A DNA stretch of 64,000 nt, taken from a virus. Shown here piece after piece: positions 20,426 to 29,540 of the stretch (position 1 is its first letter; each line of letters starts with the position of its first letter). The notes below the pieces were generated by a model. It worked only from the letters and a program-made list of their open reading frames with translations. It did not search any database and was not told the DNA's origin. Location: IMG/VR virus record IMGVR_UViG_3300024324_000009, positions 64,001-128,000 of that record; one strand, given 5' to 3'. The translations under genes were made by a program, and so were the position numbers.

Positions 20426-20456
20426 TTCCGATACTTCTCGCTATTACTACCCCTAG

Positions 20457-20840
20457 TTAAAACGCAGTTACAGAGGCAGTGTCTTCTGCCTGCTCTGTCG
20501 TTTTGATGCGAGACAGTTTAGTAATCTTGGAGAAATTATTGACTCTTACTTTAAGAGTATTGTGCTTTACTCCATCCTTTTCCCAAGAGTCATTACGCAA
20601 CGACCCTTCAACCATTACAAGATCACCCTTTGAGAATGAAGCACCGATGATTTCTGCTCCAGAATCCCATGCTTCACAGGGTACGAATGTAGTAATCTTA
20701 TCCTTTTCTCCATTGGCCTTAGTATATTCGCGTGAAACTGCGATAGTAAAGTTTACAACAGAGGTACTCTTACCATTACTGTTTACTTTGCGAACATCAG
20801 GGTCTCGGGCCAGATTACCACGTAAAATGTTAATATTCAT
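20457..20840 (-). CDS. ssb: Single-stranded DNA-binding protein
   Basis: LRGNLARDP..VVNFTIAV..FVPCEAW..KGDLVMVEGSL..W.KDG; C-terminal AF. Confidence 0.95.
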   Translation of the reverse strand: MNINILRGNLARDPDVRKVNSNGKSTSVVNFTIAVSREYTKANGEKDKITTFVPCEAWDSGAEIIGASFSKGDLVMVEGSLRNDSWEKDGVKHNTLKVRVNNFSKITKLSRIKTTEQAEDTASVTAF

Positions 20841-20883
20841 ATCAATCCTTCTTCCTTGTTAAAATCCAAAACCAATCTATACT

Positions 20884-20911
20884 ATAATAGGTGAGACACA
20901 ACAAGTGTCAA
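20884..20911 (-). promoter_or_regulatory. Sigma70-type promoter TTGACA-N16-TATTAT upstream of ssb
   Basis: acTTGACActtgttgtgtctcaccTATTAT. Confidence 0.7.
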
Positions 20912-20912
20912 G

Positions 20913-22529
20913 TTAATTTTTTGGTAAATAAGCCTTTTCTACAATAAGGCTATCACCATCCCTATTTTTCGACCCTTGTATAACAATAACATTGTTTTCA
21001 AACAAAATACTACTATAGGTAGAAAATTGTTCAGGAAAGAACACGATACTGTCTATCGAGCCACTACTATCGCTTCCTTCCACAAAAGCCATCTTTGCTC
21101 CGGGGTTTTTCCCCTTTTTAGTCTTAATAACACCGACATTATCTATCTGTAAAGCGACGACAATCTCGTTGAGTAGACTATTATTAAAGTCCTTACATAT
21201 TGTGTTTGTCATAGATACGTCATACATATCTACTTTAGAACACGTTATCGAACAACCTAAATATTCTTCTTCATTATCGGCTATCCACTCTGGGCTATCT
21301 TCTAGCACATAAGGTGGATTGTCTATAGTATTAATGAAACCTAAGAGTTTTTCTTTTCTCTTACTGCTCATTCTTGGCTTTTCTATGACGCAGTATATGA
21401 TATCTTTTAATGAATCATAATTAAGACACGTACTTAACGCATGTTCTTGTTCTTTGGCTGTAAGATCATTTATAAGACCATATTCAAACATCATCTTGGT
21501 TCTAGTAAGCCCAAAATAATCTAATGCACCTGACTGTATCAAAGCCTTGACCGCTGTTGAACTTAGCCTTGTCATAACTCTAAGTACTGTTTGATGCCAA
21601 TTTAAGTCATTGAGATTAATATTATCTTCTTCTAGTATGGTTCTAAGTTTCTTGTACATAGAACCGCCAAAACCCTTTAGGTCTGTCAGTCCGAAATAAA
21701 TTTTCTTATCATGTAGTACAAAATATTCATTCAGCACACGCAAATCAGGCAGATGTACTGTGATCTCCATTTCGCTGGCGTTTTGTACCAGTTGCTTGAT
21801 CTCTACTTTGGGATCAATCTTGTCTTTAGCAAAACGTAAATATGAAGCAAAGAATACTCTTGGGAAGTGAGCCTTCGCGTATGCGGACAGATATGCGTTC
21901 ATAGCATAGGACACAGCATGACTTTTATTAAAACTGTATCTCTGGCTTTTTTCAATCCATCCGAATATCTCTTCTGCCTGTTCTTTTGTGACTAATTTAA
22001 GTTTTGCAGAACCGGAGATGAACTTCTTTTTTAGTTTCGCCATTTCTTCTGGTTGCTTTTTACCAATGGCTTTTCTCAGGTTGTCTGCTTGTTGCAAGTC
22101 AAACCCTGCTACCTCTTTTGCAATTTGCATAGCTTGTTCTTGGTAAATCATTTCACCATATGTACTCTTTAGTGCATTTTCCAACATGGGATGATAATAG
22201 TCTACAGACTCTTGCCCGTTCTTTCTGTCGATATAATGATTAGTAACATTCTTGCCATCTCTGTATGCCTGTAGACATCCCGGTCGTAGAATACTAATTA
22301 ATGCACTTAATTGTTCAATGTTTTCTGGTTTAAGTTTCTTAGCCACAGATTTTCCAAGCCTAGTCTCCAACTGAAAACATCCTTTAGTATTACCATCAGA
22401 TATTAAATCCCAAGTCTTTTGGCAATTCAAATCCAATTCATGGTTTACAGGATCGAAATCAATAGAAGTCTTACCCTCACTCTCTGTAGCATGAAAACTA
22501 CAACCACAACTAAATTTTAATACTGTCAT
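20913..22529 (-). CDS. dnaE: DNA polymerase III alpha subunit, C-terminal half (finger/HhH/OB domains)
   Basis: GCFQLE; LRPG; TYGEMIYQEQAMQIA; ADNLRKAIGKK; YSFNKSHAVSYA; ALIQSGALD; OB fold MAFV..D..GSID.IVF. Confidence 0.92.
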   Translation of the reverse strand: MTVLKFSCGCSFHATESEGKTSIDFDPVNHELDLNCQKTWDLISDGNTKGCFQLETRLGKSVAKKLKPENIEQLSALISILRPGCLQAYRDGKNVTNHYIDRKNGQESVDYYHPMLENALKSTYGEMIYQEQAMQIAKEVAGFDLQQADNLRKAIGKKQPEEMAKLKKKFISGSAKLKLVTKEQAEEIFGWIEKSQRYSFNKSHAVSYAMNAYLSAYAKAHFPRVFFASYLRFAKDKIDPKVEIKQLVQNASEMEITVHLPDLRVLNEYFVLHDKKIYFGLTDLKGFGGSMYKKLRTILEEDNINLNDLNWHQTVLRVMTRLSSTAVKALIQSGALDYFGLTRTKMMFEYGLINDLTAKEQEHALSTCLNYDSLKDIIYCVIEKPRMSSKRKEKLLGFINTIDNPPYVLEDSPEWIADNEEEYLGCSITCSKVDMYDVSMTNTICKDFNNSLLNEIVVALQIDNVGVIKTKKGKNPGAKMAFVEGSDSSGSIDSIVFFPEQFSTYSSILFENNVIVIQGSKNRDGDSLIVEKAYLPKN

Positions 22530-23215
22530 GCAAAAGCGTCCTTAAATGTTATTTTTTGTGCCAAACTTCTATGCAGTCTCATAAATCTTGTAAGCACTGC
22601 TGCTGTGTCCTTAACGTCCTTAATTGCGTCATGAGCACCATCTTTACTAATACCCATATAATCTCTCAGGTTGTCTAGAGTATAACTTTTTAGTTCTGGG
22701 TTATGCTCAAACCAGTAAAAGACTAGATTAAGCATGTCCACCACATCTCTTGGATAAAAGACTTTGCTGTTTCCTTCTTTATTAGTATCTCCGAATTTCT
22801 GAGCGAGCCTATTAACGATGGGTAGATCAAATCTATAAATATTATAGCCTGCTGCTATCGGAGCAGTAAACATACTGTGCTTCTTGGCTTTCATATGGTA
22901 TTTGTCCAGATAGTCTGTAAACATACGCCATGACTGTTCTTGGCTAGGATACTTTTGCCATTCAGCCTTGACCGCTTCCTTTGAGCAACCCTTAACCTTG
23001 GCATGAAAATCTAAGATGTCTGTCTTATATTCATACTCAGGGTCTTTTTCCATGCACTCTGGTTTAAAATTAGCATTAAACTCAGAGTTAGGTATAATTT
23101 CAAGACTGACAGGATCAACCATTACGGCAGCAATTTGTACTGGACTACATTTGCTTGGGTTTACCCCATCTGTCTCAAAATCAAACACACAAATCTTATT
23201 ATAATTAATTCCCAT
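22526..23215 (-). CDS. DEDDh 3'-5' exonuclease (DnaQ/epsilon-like)
   Basis: VFDFETDG (ExoI), AGYNIYRFD (ExoII), HDAIKDV (ExoIII). Confidence 0.9.
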   Translation of the reverse strand: MGINYNKICVFDFETDGVNPSKCSPVQIAAVMVDPVSLEIIPNSEFNANFKPECMEKDPEYEYKTDILDFHAKVKGCSKEAVKAEWQKYPSQEQSWRMFTDYLDKYHMKAKKHSMFTAPIAAGYNIYRFDLPIVNRLAQKFGDTNKEGNSKVFYPRDVVDMLNLVFYWFEHNPELKSYTLDNLRDYMGISKDGAHDAIKDVKDTAAVLTRFMRLHRSLAQKITFKDAFA

Positions 23216-23246
23216 ATCAAATCCTATTCTATGTCCTGATCAAAAT

Positions 23247-23465
23247 CTAAAGTAACTTACGAACTCTTTCTAGTGGCTTAATGCCAATCAATTTACCTTT
23301 ACTGTCTTTGCAATTAGTAAAGCTACAACAGCTTTTACGAACTTCTTTAACTTTGGTCATTTTATTGTCTAATCCACGAACAAAATCACCTTCTGTTAGA
23401 AATACATCGCCTACACTTAGTTTGCGAAACTGGTGTTGCTCTGTTGCTGGTTTTTCATCTGACAT
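23247..23465 (-). CDS. Small hypothetical protein
   Basis: AGGAG RBS; FRKLSVGDVF..SCC..NC; first gene after the 23495-23523 promoter. Confidence 0.6.
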   Translation of the reverse strand: MSDEKPATEQHQFRKLSVGDVFLTEGDFVRGLDNKMTKVKEVRKSCCSFTNCKDSKGKLIGIKPLERVRKLL

Positions 23466-23494
23466 CTTTATTCTCCTGTACTGTACTATATGTT

Positions 23495-23523
23495 ATTATA
23501 CCCGATAATGAATACACCGTCAA
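23495..23523 (-). promoter_or_regulatory. Sigma70-type promoter TTGACG-N17-TATAAT between the dnaE halves
   Basis: cTTGACGgtgtattcattatcgggTATAAT; the -35 overlaps the TGA stop of dnaE-N. Confidence 0.65.
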
Positions 23524-25394
23524 GCACCTTCTTTCATAAGATCGCTAATGCACATAATCTTATCTAGCATAGCAACCCCTAGAATATCTAGCTTGATCAT
23601 TCCAAGACTTTCAAGGTCAGCCATTTCCATGCCAGCAATTACCTGTTTGTTTTTACTGTCATAGACCATCGGACAGATACCGGCAAGAGGCTCTGCACTG
23701 ACTGCTATACCAGCAGCATGTTTTGACTGAACCGATTTGGTTCCTTCCAATCTCATAGCTTGTTCAAATCTTTTTGACAACGGACCTTCTAATTGACCCT
23801 TTTTACCTATATGACACCACTGTTTTAGTTTTTCAGGGTCGTTCTCTAGTGTCCATCTAATAATAGAAGACTCTCCTGTTGCCTCTTTCATTTCTTGTAA
23901 TTCATCTGCCACTTTAGACTCTTCAGGAATATTTCTAGTGATATCATTCATTTCTTCAAATGTGATACCTCCAAACACCCTAAGTACATCTTTTAATGCC
24001 CCTCTACCCTTGATAGTACCAAACGTAATCATCTGTGACACCTTATCGTCTCCGTAAGTATCACGAATATACTGAATGACTTTTTCACGTTTGTCGATAG
24101 GTACGTCAACATCAATATCAGGCATAGAGGTATGTTCTGCTGTATTTCTACCAGCATTATAAAACCTATCAAAGATGAGACCGTACTTTATAGGGTCAAT
24201 GGTTGTAATACCAATTAGGTAAGAAACCAAACACCCTGCTGCACTTCCTCGTCCCGGTCCCGGTAGCCATTTGTTTTCACGTACATGATTCACAATGTCC
24301 TGTACAATCAGAAAGTAACTAGATAGGTCTGCACCCTGCAAAACACTTAATTCATACTTGATTCTATCTACATATTTTCCATGATCTTCTTTAGGTATAT
24401 TATTAGCTATCTTATCTCGCCATCCGTCCCTGCATAGTTGACGCAAATACTCTCCGTCATCTTTGGCTTCTGGACAGGGAAACGGAGGCAGATTTGGCTT
24501 ACTTAATATGTCATACTCTTCACACATGTCAGAAACAACATTAGTGTTTGCTAGTTCTTCTTCTGTGTGCAGGGCATTCATTTCTTCTTGATCTAATATA
24601 TGAAAATTATCAGATTTAAAAAAGGCATCCAAACCAATAGACTCGCCATTGGACATCTTCCTATTTACCTCTGAGAAGGTCGTTTTTAAATTATTGCACA
24701 AAAGCACCCTTTGATCAACTGCGTCTGTCTTACGGCAATAATGAGCGTCTGGAGTTGCTACAATCCTATTGCCTGTAATCTTTGCTAGTTCTCTGATACA
24801 GTCTGTGAGTTTGTCCTGTAGAGGAATATTCTCATGATCCATCAACTGTGCTTCTAAGAAGAAGTTTTCTTTACCAAACATATGGTTTAACTTACTGACT
24901 AGTCTAGTGCCGACATTTTTCCAATTCGGGTCTATGTCGTCTCCCTGCACTAAATACCTAGCCAGCGTTGATCCTAGATGACCACATATTCCTATAATAT
25001 TACCATCAATAAAATTAGATAATGTATCTAGGTCTAATCTAGGCTTTCTGTAAAAATGCTCAGGAAGGTTTGCTTCTGATGTTAGTCTAATTAATTGTTT
25101 CCATCCTTTAAAATTTTTAGCCAGCAGGAGGAAGTGACTCAACTTTGCATTATCTTTGTCTTTGATTTTGCAGTCTTGTTCACAGACATAGATTTCTTGT
25201 CCAAGTATGGGTTTTATTCCTTGTTTTTTCATCTCTGAGTAAAACTTGATCGCACCGGCAATGTTACCGTGGTCTGTTAATGCACAGGATGTCGCACCAA
25301 TTTCAATACATCTCTCTGCCATGTCTGCTGGTTTGCTCATACCGTCAAGTAGGCTATACATACTGTGGCAGTGAATCGGTTGGTAAGTTATCAT
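23520..25394 (-). CDS. dnaE: DNA polymerase III alpha subunit, N-terminal half (PHP + catalytic palm/thumb)
   Basis: HCHSMYSLLDG; ALTDHGN; PGRGSAAG; MPDIDVD; KHAAG; ends at GMIKLDILG. Confidence 0.93.
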   Translation of the reverse strand: MITYQPIHCHSMYSLLDGMSKPADMAERCIEIGATSCALTDHGNIAGAIKFYSEMKKQGIKPILGQEIYVCEQDCKIKDKDNAKLSHFLLLAKNFKGWKQLIRLTSEANLPEHFYRKPRLDLDTLSNFIDGNIIGICGHLGSTLARYLVQGDDIDPNWKNVGTRLVSKLNHMFGKENFFLEAQLMDHENIPLQDKLTDCIRELAKITGNRIVATPDAHYCRKTDAVDQRVLLCNNLKTTFSEVNRKMSNGESIGLDAFFKSDNFHILDQEEMNALHTEEELANTNVVSDMCEEYDILSKPNLPPFPCPEAKDDGEYLRQLCRDGWRDKIANNIPKEDHGKYVDRIKYELSVLQGADLSSYFLIVQDIVNHVRENKWLPGPGRGSAAGCLVSYLIGITTIDPIKYGLIFDRFYNAGRNTAEHTSMPDIDVDVPIDKREKVIQYIRDTYGDDKVSQMITFGTIKGRGALKDVLRVFGGITFEEMNDITRNIPEESKVADELQEMKEATGESSIIRWTLENDPEKLKQWCHIGKKGQLEGPLSKRFEQAMRLEGTKSVQSKHAAGIAVSAEPLAGICPMVYDSKNKQVIAGMEMADLESLGMIKLDILGVAMLDKIMCISDLMKEGA

Positions 25395-25406
25395 AAGTTC
25401 TCCAAA

Positions 25407-25610
25407 TTAGTATTCGTCTGAAAAGTTTCCATCAAGTTCTCCATCGCTCACAATATCCATTGCACCCAACATGCATATGGTATCCATGAATTCGTCATTG
25501 TTCTCGTCATCGTCGTTTTGTTGATCGTTTTGCTTCTTTGATTTCTCAGCAGGACTGAAAGCACAATATGCACAAAATAAAGCAAGCAAAATCCATAGTA
25601 TCGATTCCAT
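25407..25610 (-). CDS. Small membrane-anchored acidic protein
   Basis: N-terminal hydrophobic segment, acidic tail, GGAG RBS and its own promoter. Confidence 0.55.
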   Translation of the reverse strand: MESILWILLALFCAYCAFSPAEKSKKQNDQQNDDDENNDEFMDTICMLGAMDIVSDGELDGNFSDEY

Positions 25611-25646
25611 AATTTATTCTCCAAAAACAATTCAAAGTTCTCTTCT

Positions 25647-25674
25647 ATTGTAACACATTCTGACTACTTGTCAA
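25647..25674 (-). promoter_or_regulatory. Sigma70-type promoter TTGACA-N16-TACAAT
   Basis: acTTGACAagtagtcagaatgtgtTACAAT; the -35 overlaps the TGA of the upstream gene. Confidence 0.7.
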
Positions 25675-26714
25675 GTAGAACCCGGAGCACGATATTTAGC
25701 TACGTTGTATCCATCGACTTGATATACCTTTACAGCTTCTTTGATGCCGTGCATACGAGTATCATGCTTAACTTGCTCACACATCGTCATAACTTCTCCT
25801 ACAGGAGTAACCTGATCTTCTCTGTATTCTACAAGAGGTTCGTGCTTGGTGCCAGCAAATGTCTTTTTACCGAAATCGCATAGTTTTGTACACTTCCATG
25901 TTTTCTTGAGAGGTGGACGCTTACAGTTTTTGATATCCTCGAAAGTTTTACGCAGCATCATCTCAACTTTAAATAAATCTCCTTTTTCAAAATTTATAGA
26001 AAATATGCCGCCGTCATTAATAAAATTAATCGTAACTATAATATGTTTTGCTTGAGGATACAAATGTTGAATAGCATAGTAATACAGCATTAGCTGTGGG
26101 TCTCTCTGTAACTTAGCTATGGTCTTCTCTTCACCTGTGGCCCAATCCAAACGCCTTCCTGTTTTATAGTCAGTAATCTCATATGTATCATCGTTAATTT
26201 TTGTGATCAAGTCGATTGTACCTTTAATCGCCAACTGTCCTTTGACATGGTTGCCTTCTGCGTCAGTAAAGTCATACCAAGCCCAAGGCTTATCAATAGT
26301 AATATCAAACCGTTGTTCAGGCTGGATGATATGCTGATTTCTGGGGTCTAACATACCATTGTTCTGCTCTAAACATTTTTGTATCCATTTTCTACAATCT
26401 CTGTAGTCTACGTCAGTCCATTTATGGTGTGTAAACGCACTGGTATAATAATCATAGACTTTTTGCGTTAAATCATCTATGCTATAATTATGTACATTGA
26501 CATATCCTACAATATCATCCTCAAAGCTACCTTCTTTGTTTTGCAGTCCTAACTGTACGAAAGCAAGTATCTCCATCACCTTATGAACGATGGTTCCTTT
26601 GTCTGCTTTCTTATTAGAATCTCCATTGTGTCCTAATACATACTGGAAAAAGTATTGTTGATTACACATTTTCCATGTGCCTAGTGAACTACTTCTAATA
26701 TATGCTATATCCAT
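25671..26714 (-). CDS. Cas4/RecB-like PD-(D/E)XK exonuclease with probable Fe-S cluster
   Basis: SSL..WKMC; GTIVH..E; GTIDLI; DYKTG; QLMLY; CTKLC...C. Confidence 0.85.
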   Translation of the reverse strand: MDIAYIRSSSLGTWKMCNQQYFFQYVLGHNGDSNKKADKGTIVHKVMEILAFVQLGLQNKEGSFEDDIVGYVNVHNYSIDDLTQKVYDYYTSAFTHHKWTDVDYRDCRKWIQKCLEQNNGMLDPRNQHIIQPEQRFDITIDKPWAWYDFTDAEGNHVKGQLAIKGTIDLITKINDDTYEITDYKTGRRLDWATGEEKTIAKLQRDPQLMLYYYAIQHLYPQAKHIIVTINFINDGGIFSINFEKGDLFKVEMMLRKTFEDIKNCKRPPLKKTWKCTKLCDFGKKTFAGTKHEPLVEYREDQVTPVGEVMTMCEQVKHDTRMHGIKEAVKVYQVDGYNVAKYRAPGST

Positions 26715-26722
26715 AAAATCTC

Positions 26723-27796
26723 CTATCGAGTTAAAACGCCACCATCCCTTGAAAGCATTAGTTTATCCCATGCAGACAAGGCATCAGGAGCCGTACTGGG
26801 CAGCACCTCAATGTTGTTATTAATAAAATGTGTTGATCCATCAACAAATACCACACCAACTCCACCGGGATGTAGACTTCTAGAAGTTGCTTCATTGTTA
26901 GTTAAATTAAAACAACTCATCCCTTGTGCGTTCATGTCGTAGCTTTGTTGTAAAAGGTTGCAGTTTATTACATTGTCTGCACCTGACGAGGTATTAGCAT
27001 TTGGCCCAGCAGCATCTAGACTCACCCCATCATAAGTTAAGCCGCCATGACCCCATAACGCACTACTGCCAGCACCAGCCATAGCCCAGCAACCTCTAGA
27101 ATCTCGTTCGTCGATACCTGCACGAATTTCTGCTAATAAACAAGTATTAGAAGTTCCATCAGTTATATGTCCGAACTGACTACTCGCTCCATACCCCATG
27201 ACTCCTCTAAGCATAGGGTCGTTCCAGTTCTTGCCATTATTGCCCAGAGCATTAAATGGAGGATGTAAAGTCAAAGAGAACATACCTAGGCCTGCGTTAG
27301 CAGCATAGTTACCTCTAGCCCAGTTATCACCCCATTGTGCAGACCTAGAAGCAGAAGTGCCATTAAATGGCTTCCTATTATATGGGTCACTAGCACAAAG
27401 CATAACACTAAGTTCTGTAGAACGCAACGCCTCATTGCTTGGTGCTGATACAGTAAACCTAGAGTCGCTTTCGTCGTGTAGAGACTTTACTGTGCTTTGC
27501 TCTACATAGTCTAGGATGTCAATTACCCAATTCTTTGTTCTGGTATATGAACCAATGCCATCTGGTGGCAAGTTAGGATCGTTTGATGAAATCTTATGAC
27601 TAGCATACGGAAATCTACGATGTGCAGACTCGTAATTGTGACACGCTAGCCCTAACTGTTTCATATTGCTGGCACAAGACATACGTCTTGCAGCCTCTCT
27701 TGCGGATTGCACAGCAGGCAACAACAAGCCAACAAGCACACCGATGATGGCAATAACAACAAGTAGTTCGATTAAAGTAAATGCTTTCTTATTCAT
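26723..27796 (-). CDS. DUF1559 family prepilin-type N-terminal cleavage/methylation protein with H-X9-DG motif
   Basis: KKAFTLIELLVVIAIIGVLVGLLLPAVQSAREAARRMSCASNMKQLGLACHNY; ITDGTSNTCLLAE; SLHPGGVGVVFVDGSTHFI. Confidence 0.93.
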   Translation of the reverse strand: MNKKAFTLIELLVVIAIIGVLVGLLLPAVQSAREAARRMSCASNMKQLGLACHNYESAHRRFPYASHKISSNDPNLPPDGIGSYTRTKNWVIDILDYVEQSTVKSLHDESDSRFTVSAPSNEALRSTELSVMLCASDPYNRKPFNGTSASRSAQWGDNWARGNYAANAGLGMFSLTLHPPFNALGNNGKNWNDPMLRGVMGYGASSQFGHITDGTSNTCLLAEIRAGIDERDSRGCWAMAGAGSSALWGHGGLTYDGVSLDAAGPNANTSSGADNVINCNLLQQSYDMNAQGMSCFNLTNNEATSRSLHPGGVGVVFVDGSTHFINNNIEVLPSTAPDALSAWDKLMLSRDGGVLTR

Positions 27797-28374
27797 AGTA
27801 ATTTCTCCAAAGTTAAAAAGTTGTCCAATTCATTCAAAGTCTCTTGTACCGTCTTATTAGTATTGTCAATAACTAAATCGAAGTTATCTATTGAAAAATA
27901 AGTGTGATCTAATGCAGTCTCACTGGCATGGTTACTATTATACACGTTCCGTTCCAGTTTGACAACCACCCCGCCAGCATTTTTTATACATTCTACTTCA
28001 TTAGGGAAACGACAGTCTGCTACAAGTGCCAGAAAAGGTGAATCTTTTTCTATGCGACCTATAGTTGCTGCTGACCATACATCATTTTTAATAGTACGAA
28101 ATATATCTGTTCCTACATACTGCATTACTTCTCTAGCAGTCATGTTTTTCCCATGTCTCTTACATTCTGTCAAAGTGTTCTTTGCAGCATCGTCGCCGTA
28201 ACACTGGGTATATGTCAAACCTAAAACATCCATACATACAGTGCGTTTTAGTGGATCAGCAAAATTATATACTTTGCATACTTTATCTCCTGTACACTTA
28301 GACGCAAGGTGTTCTGCACAAGTTGTTTTACCAGACTGTTTTCTGCCAGCAAATGCAATAATCTTAGTTTTCAT
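27793..28374 (-). CDS. Deoxynucleoside monophosphate kinase
   Basis: AGRKQSGKTT; FADPLK; REVMQYVGTD; DCRFPNE; HASE. Confidence 0.9.
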   Translation of the reverse strand: MKTKIIAFAGRKQSGKTTCAEHLASKCTGDKVCKVYNFADPLKRTVCMDVLGLTYTQCYGDDAAKNTLTECKRHGKNMTAREVMQYVGTDIFRTIKNDVWSAATIGRIEKDSPFLALVADCRFPNEVECIKNAGGVVVKLERNVYNSNHASETALDHTYFSIDNFDLVIDNTNKTVQETLNELDNFLTLEKLL

Positions 28375-29540
28375 ATAACGTCCTTTATATACTGTTTGAT
28401 TTCCTTGTCAATTTCTTCACTAGTCATTTCACCAATGTCACCCTTAGATATTTCTGGTATAAATACCCTGTAAGTGTTTTGGCATTTGTTCTTAATCTCT
28501 TGTGCCGCCTGCTTACCAGCCTCATCATTATCGGTCAATACTATTATAGCCATTGCTCCCGAAGAGTCCAGTAATATTTTCTGTCTATCGCTCAGATTAC
28601 AGCCAAATATAGCTACACTATTATGTATGCCATTCTCTTCTAGTCTCCATACATTGCCGGGACTCTCTACGATAATAGCTACATGAGACTGCTCTATATG
28701 CTCTTTGGCAAAACCTTTCCAATAGTTGTACAAATTATTCTGACTTTTAAAATCTGCACTATGTTTCCATTTAGAGTAGGCCCATCTATATTCTGAATCA
28801 GGACAATCTTGGTTGGGGTCATGGTAAGCACCACATTTAGGACAAGCCTCAAATATGCTGCGACCAGTACAGCCTACCATATTATCATATTCTAGATTGT
28901 ATATGGGTGCTACTACACGATTATTCATAGGCTTGCCTTTAGAGGCACACAAACCAACGTCATACCTGTCCAATACTTCCTGTGAATATCCTCTATTTAT
29001 AAAGTATTCAGCAGGATAAATTAGTGAACTTCTAACTTGTTTTCTGGTAATCTTAGAGGCTTGAACTTTGTCTTCTTCCCTTATATGATTAATTGCATTG
29101 GTAAAGTTAGACTTATTGCGATTGACCTTTGTGATCTTAATATCTTTCATGTCTTTGTTGACAAACTTTTCTAAGAAAGTTACTGCTTCTTTAAAGGTTG
29201 CCATCTTATCGCCTTGCTTATACCACTTATATTTTCTGTGTGATATAATACCTCTTACGAAACCTATTAGTGAACCCCTAAAGCACTTTTGACAACCATG
29301 AGTCCTACACTTCCAGTTACCCTTATAATTATCGTAGGCATCATCACCCACATGATAAATGTTCAGTGCGGAGTCATTGTCTCCACCGTGTATGGGACAA
29401 GGCATACTATACATCTTGCCTTTATCTTTATATTCAAGATCAAAGTAGTCAAACAATGCTTCTATGTCATCACACGCCATATCGCATAGTATTTTTAACT
29501 TTTTCTGATCACTCGAATGGGATTTGTTCGCTGTCTTCAT
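28371..29540 (-). CDS. dnaG: DNA primase (CHC2 zinc finger + TOPRIM)
   Basis: CPIHGGDN..WKCRTHGC; YFINRG; IVESPGNV; LTDNDEAG. Confidence 0.85.
   Translation of the reverse strand: MKTANKSHSSDQKKLKILCDMACDDIEALFDYFDLEYKDKGKMYSMPCPIHGGDNDSALNIYHVGDDAYDNYKGNWKCRTHGCQKCFRGSLIGFVRGIISHRKYKWYKQGDKMATFKEAVTFLEKFVNKDMKDIKITKVNRNKSNFTNAINHIREEDKVQASKITRKQVRSSLIYPAEYFINRGYSQEVLDRYDVGLCASKGKPMNNRVVAPIYNLEYDNMVGCTGRSIFEACPKCGAYHDPNQDCPDSEYRWAYSKWKHSADFKSQNNLYNYWKGFAKEHIEQSHVAIIVESPGNVWRLEENGIHNSVAIFGCNLSDRQKILLDSSGAMAIIVLTDNDEAGKQAAQEIKNKCQNTYRVFIPEISKGDIGEMTSEEIDKEIKQYIKDVI

Noticed and set aside
23512-23518. GGTGTAT copy after dnaE-N as a late promoter
   Set aside because: It lies within the -35/spacer of a good sigma70-type promoter and may be coincidental; not counted.
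20913-25394. Split intein or group I intron in dnaE
   Set aside because: No intein terminal motifs at either junction. The intervening DNA is fully occupied by a promoter and two ordinary genes.
25671-26714. CRISPR-Cas system suggested by the Cas4-like nuclease
   Set aside because: No repeat-spacer array or other cas genes; solo Cas4-like nucleases are common in phage replication modules.
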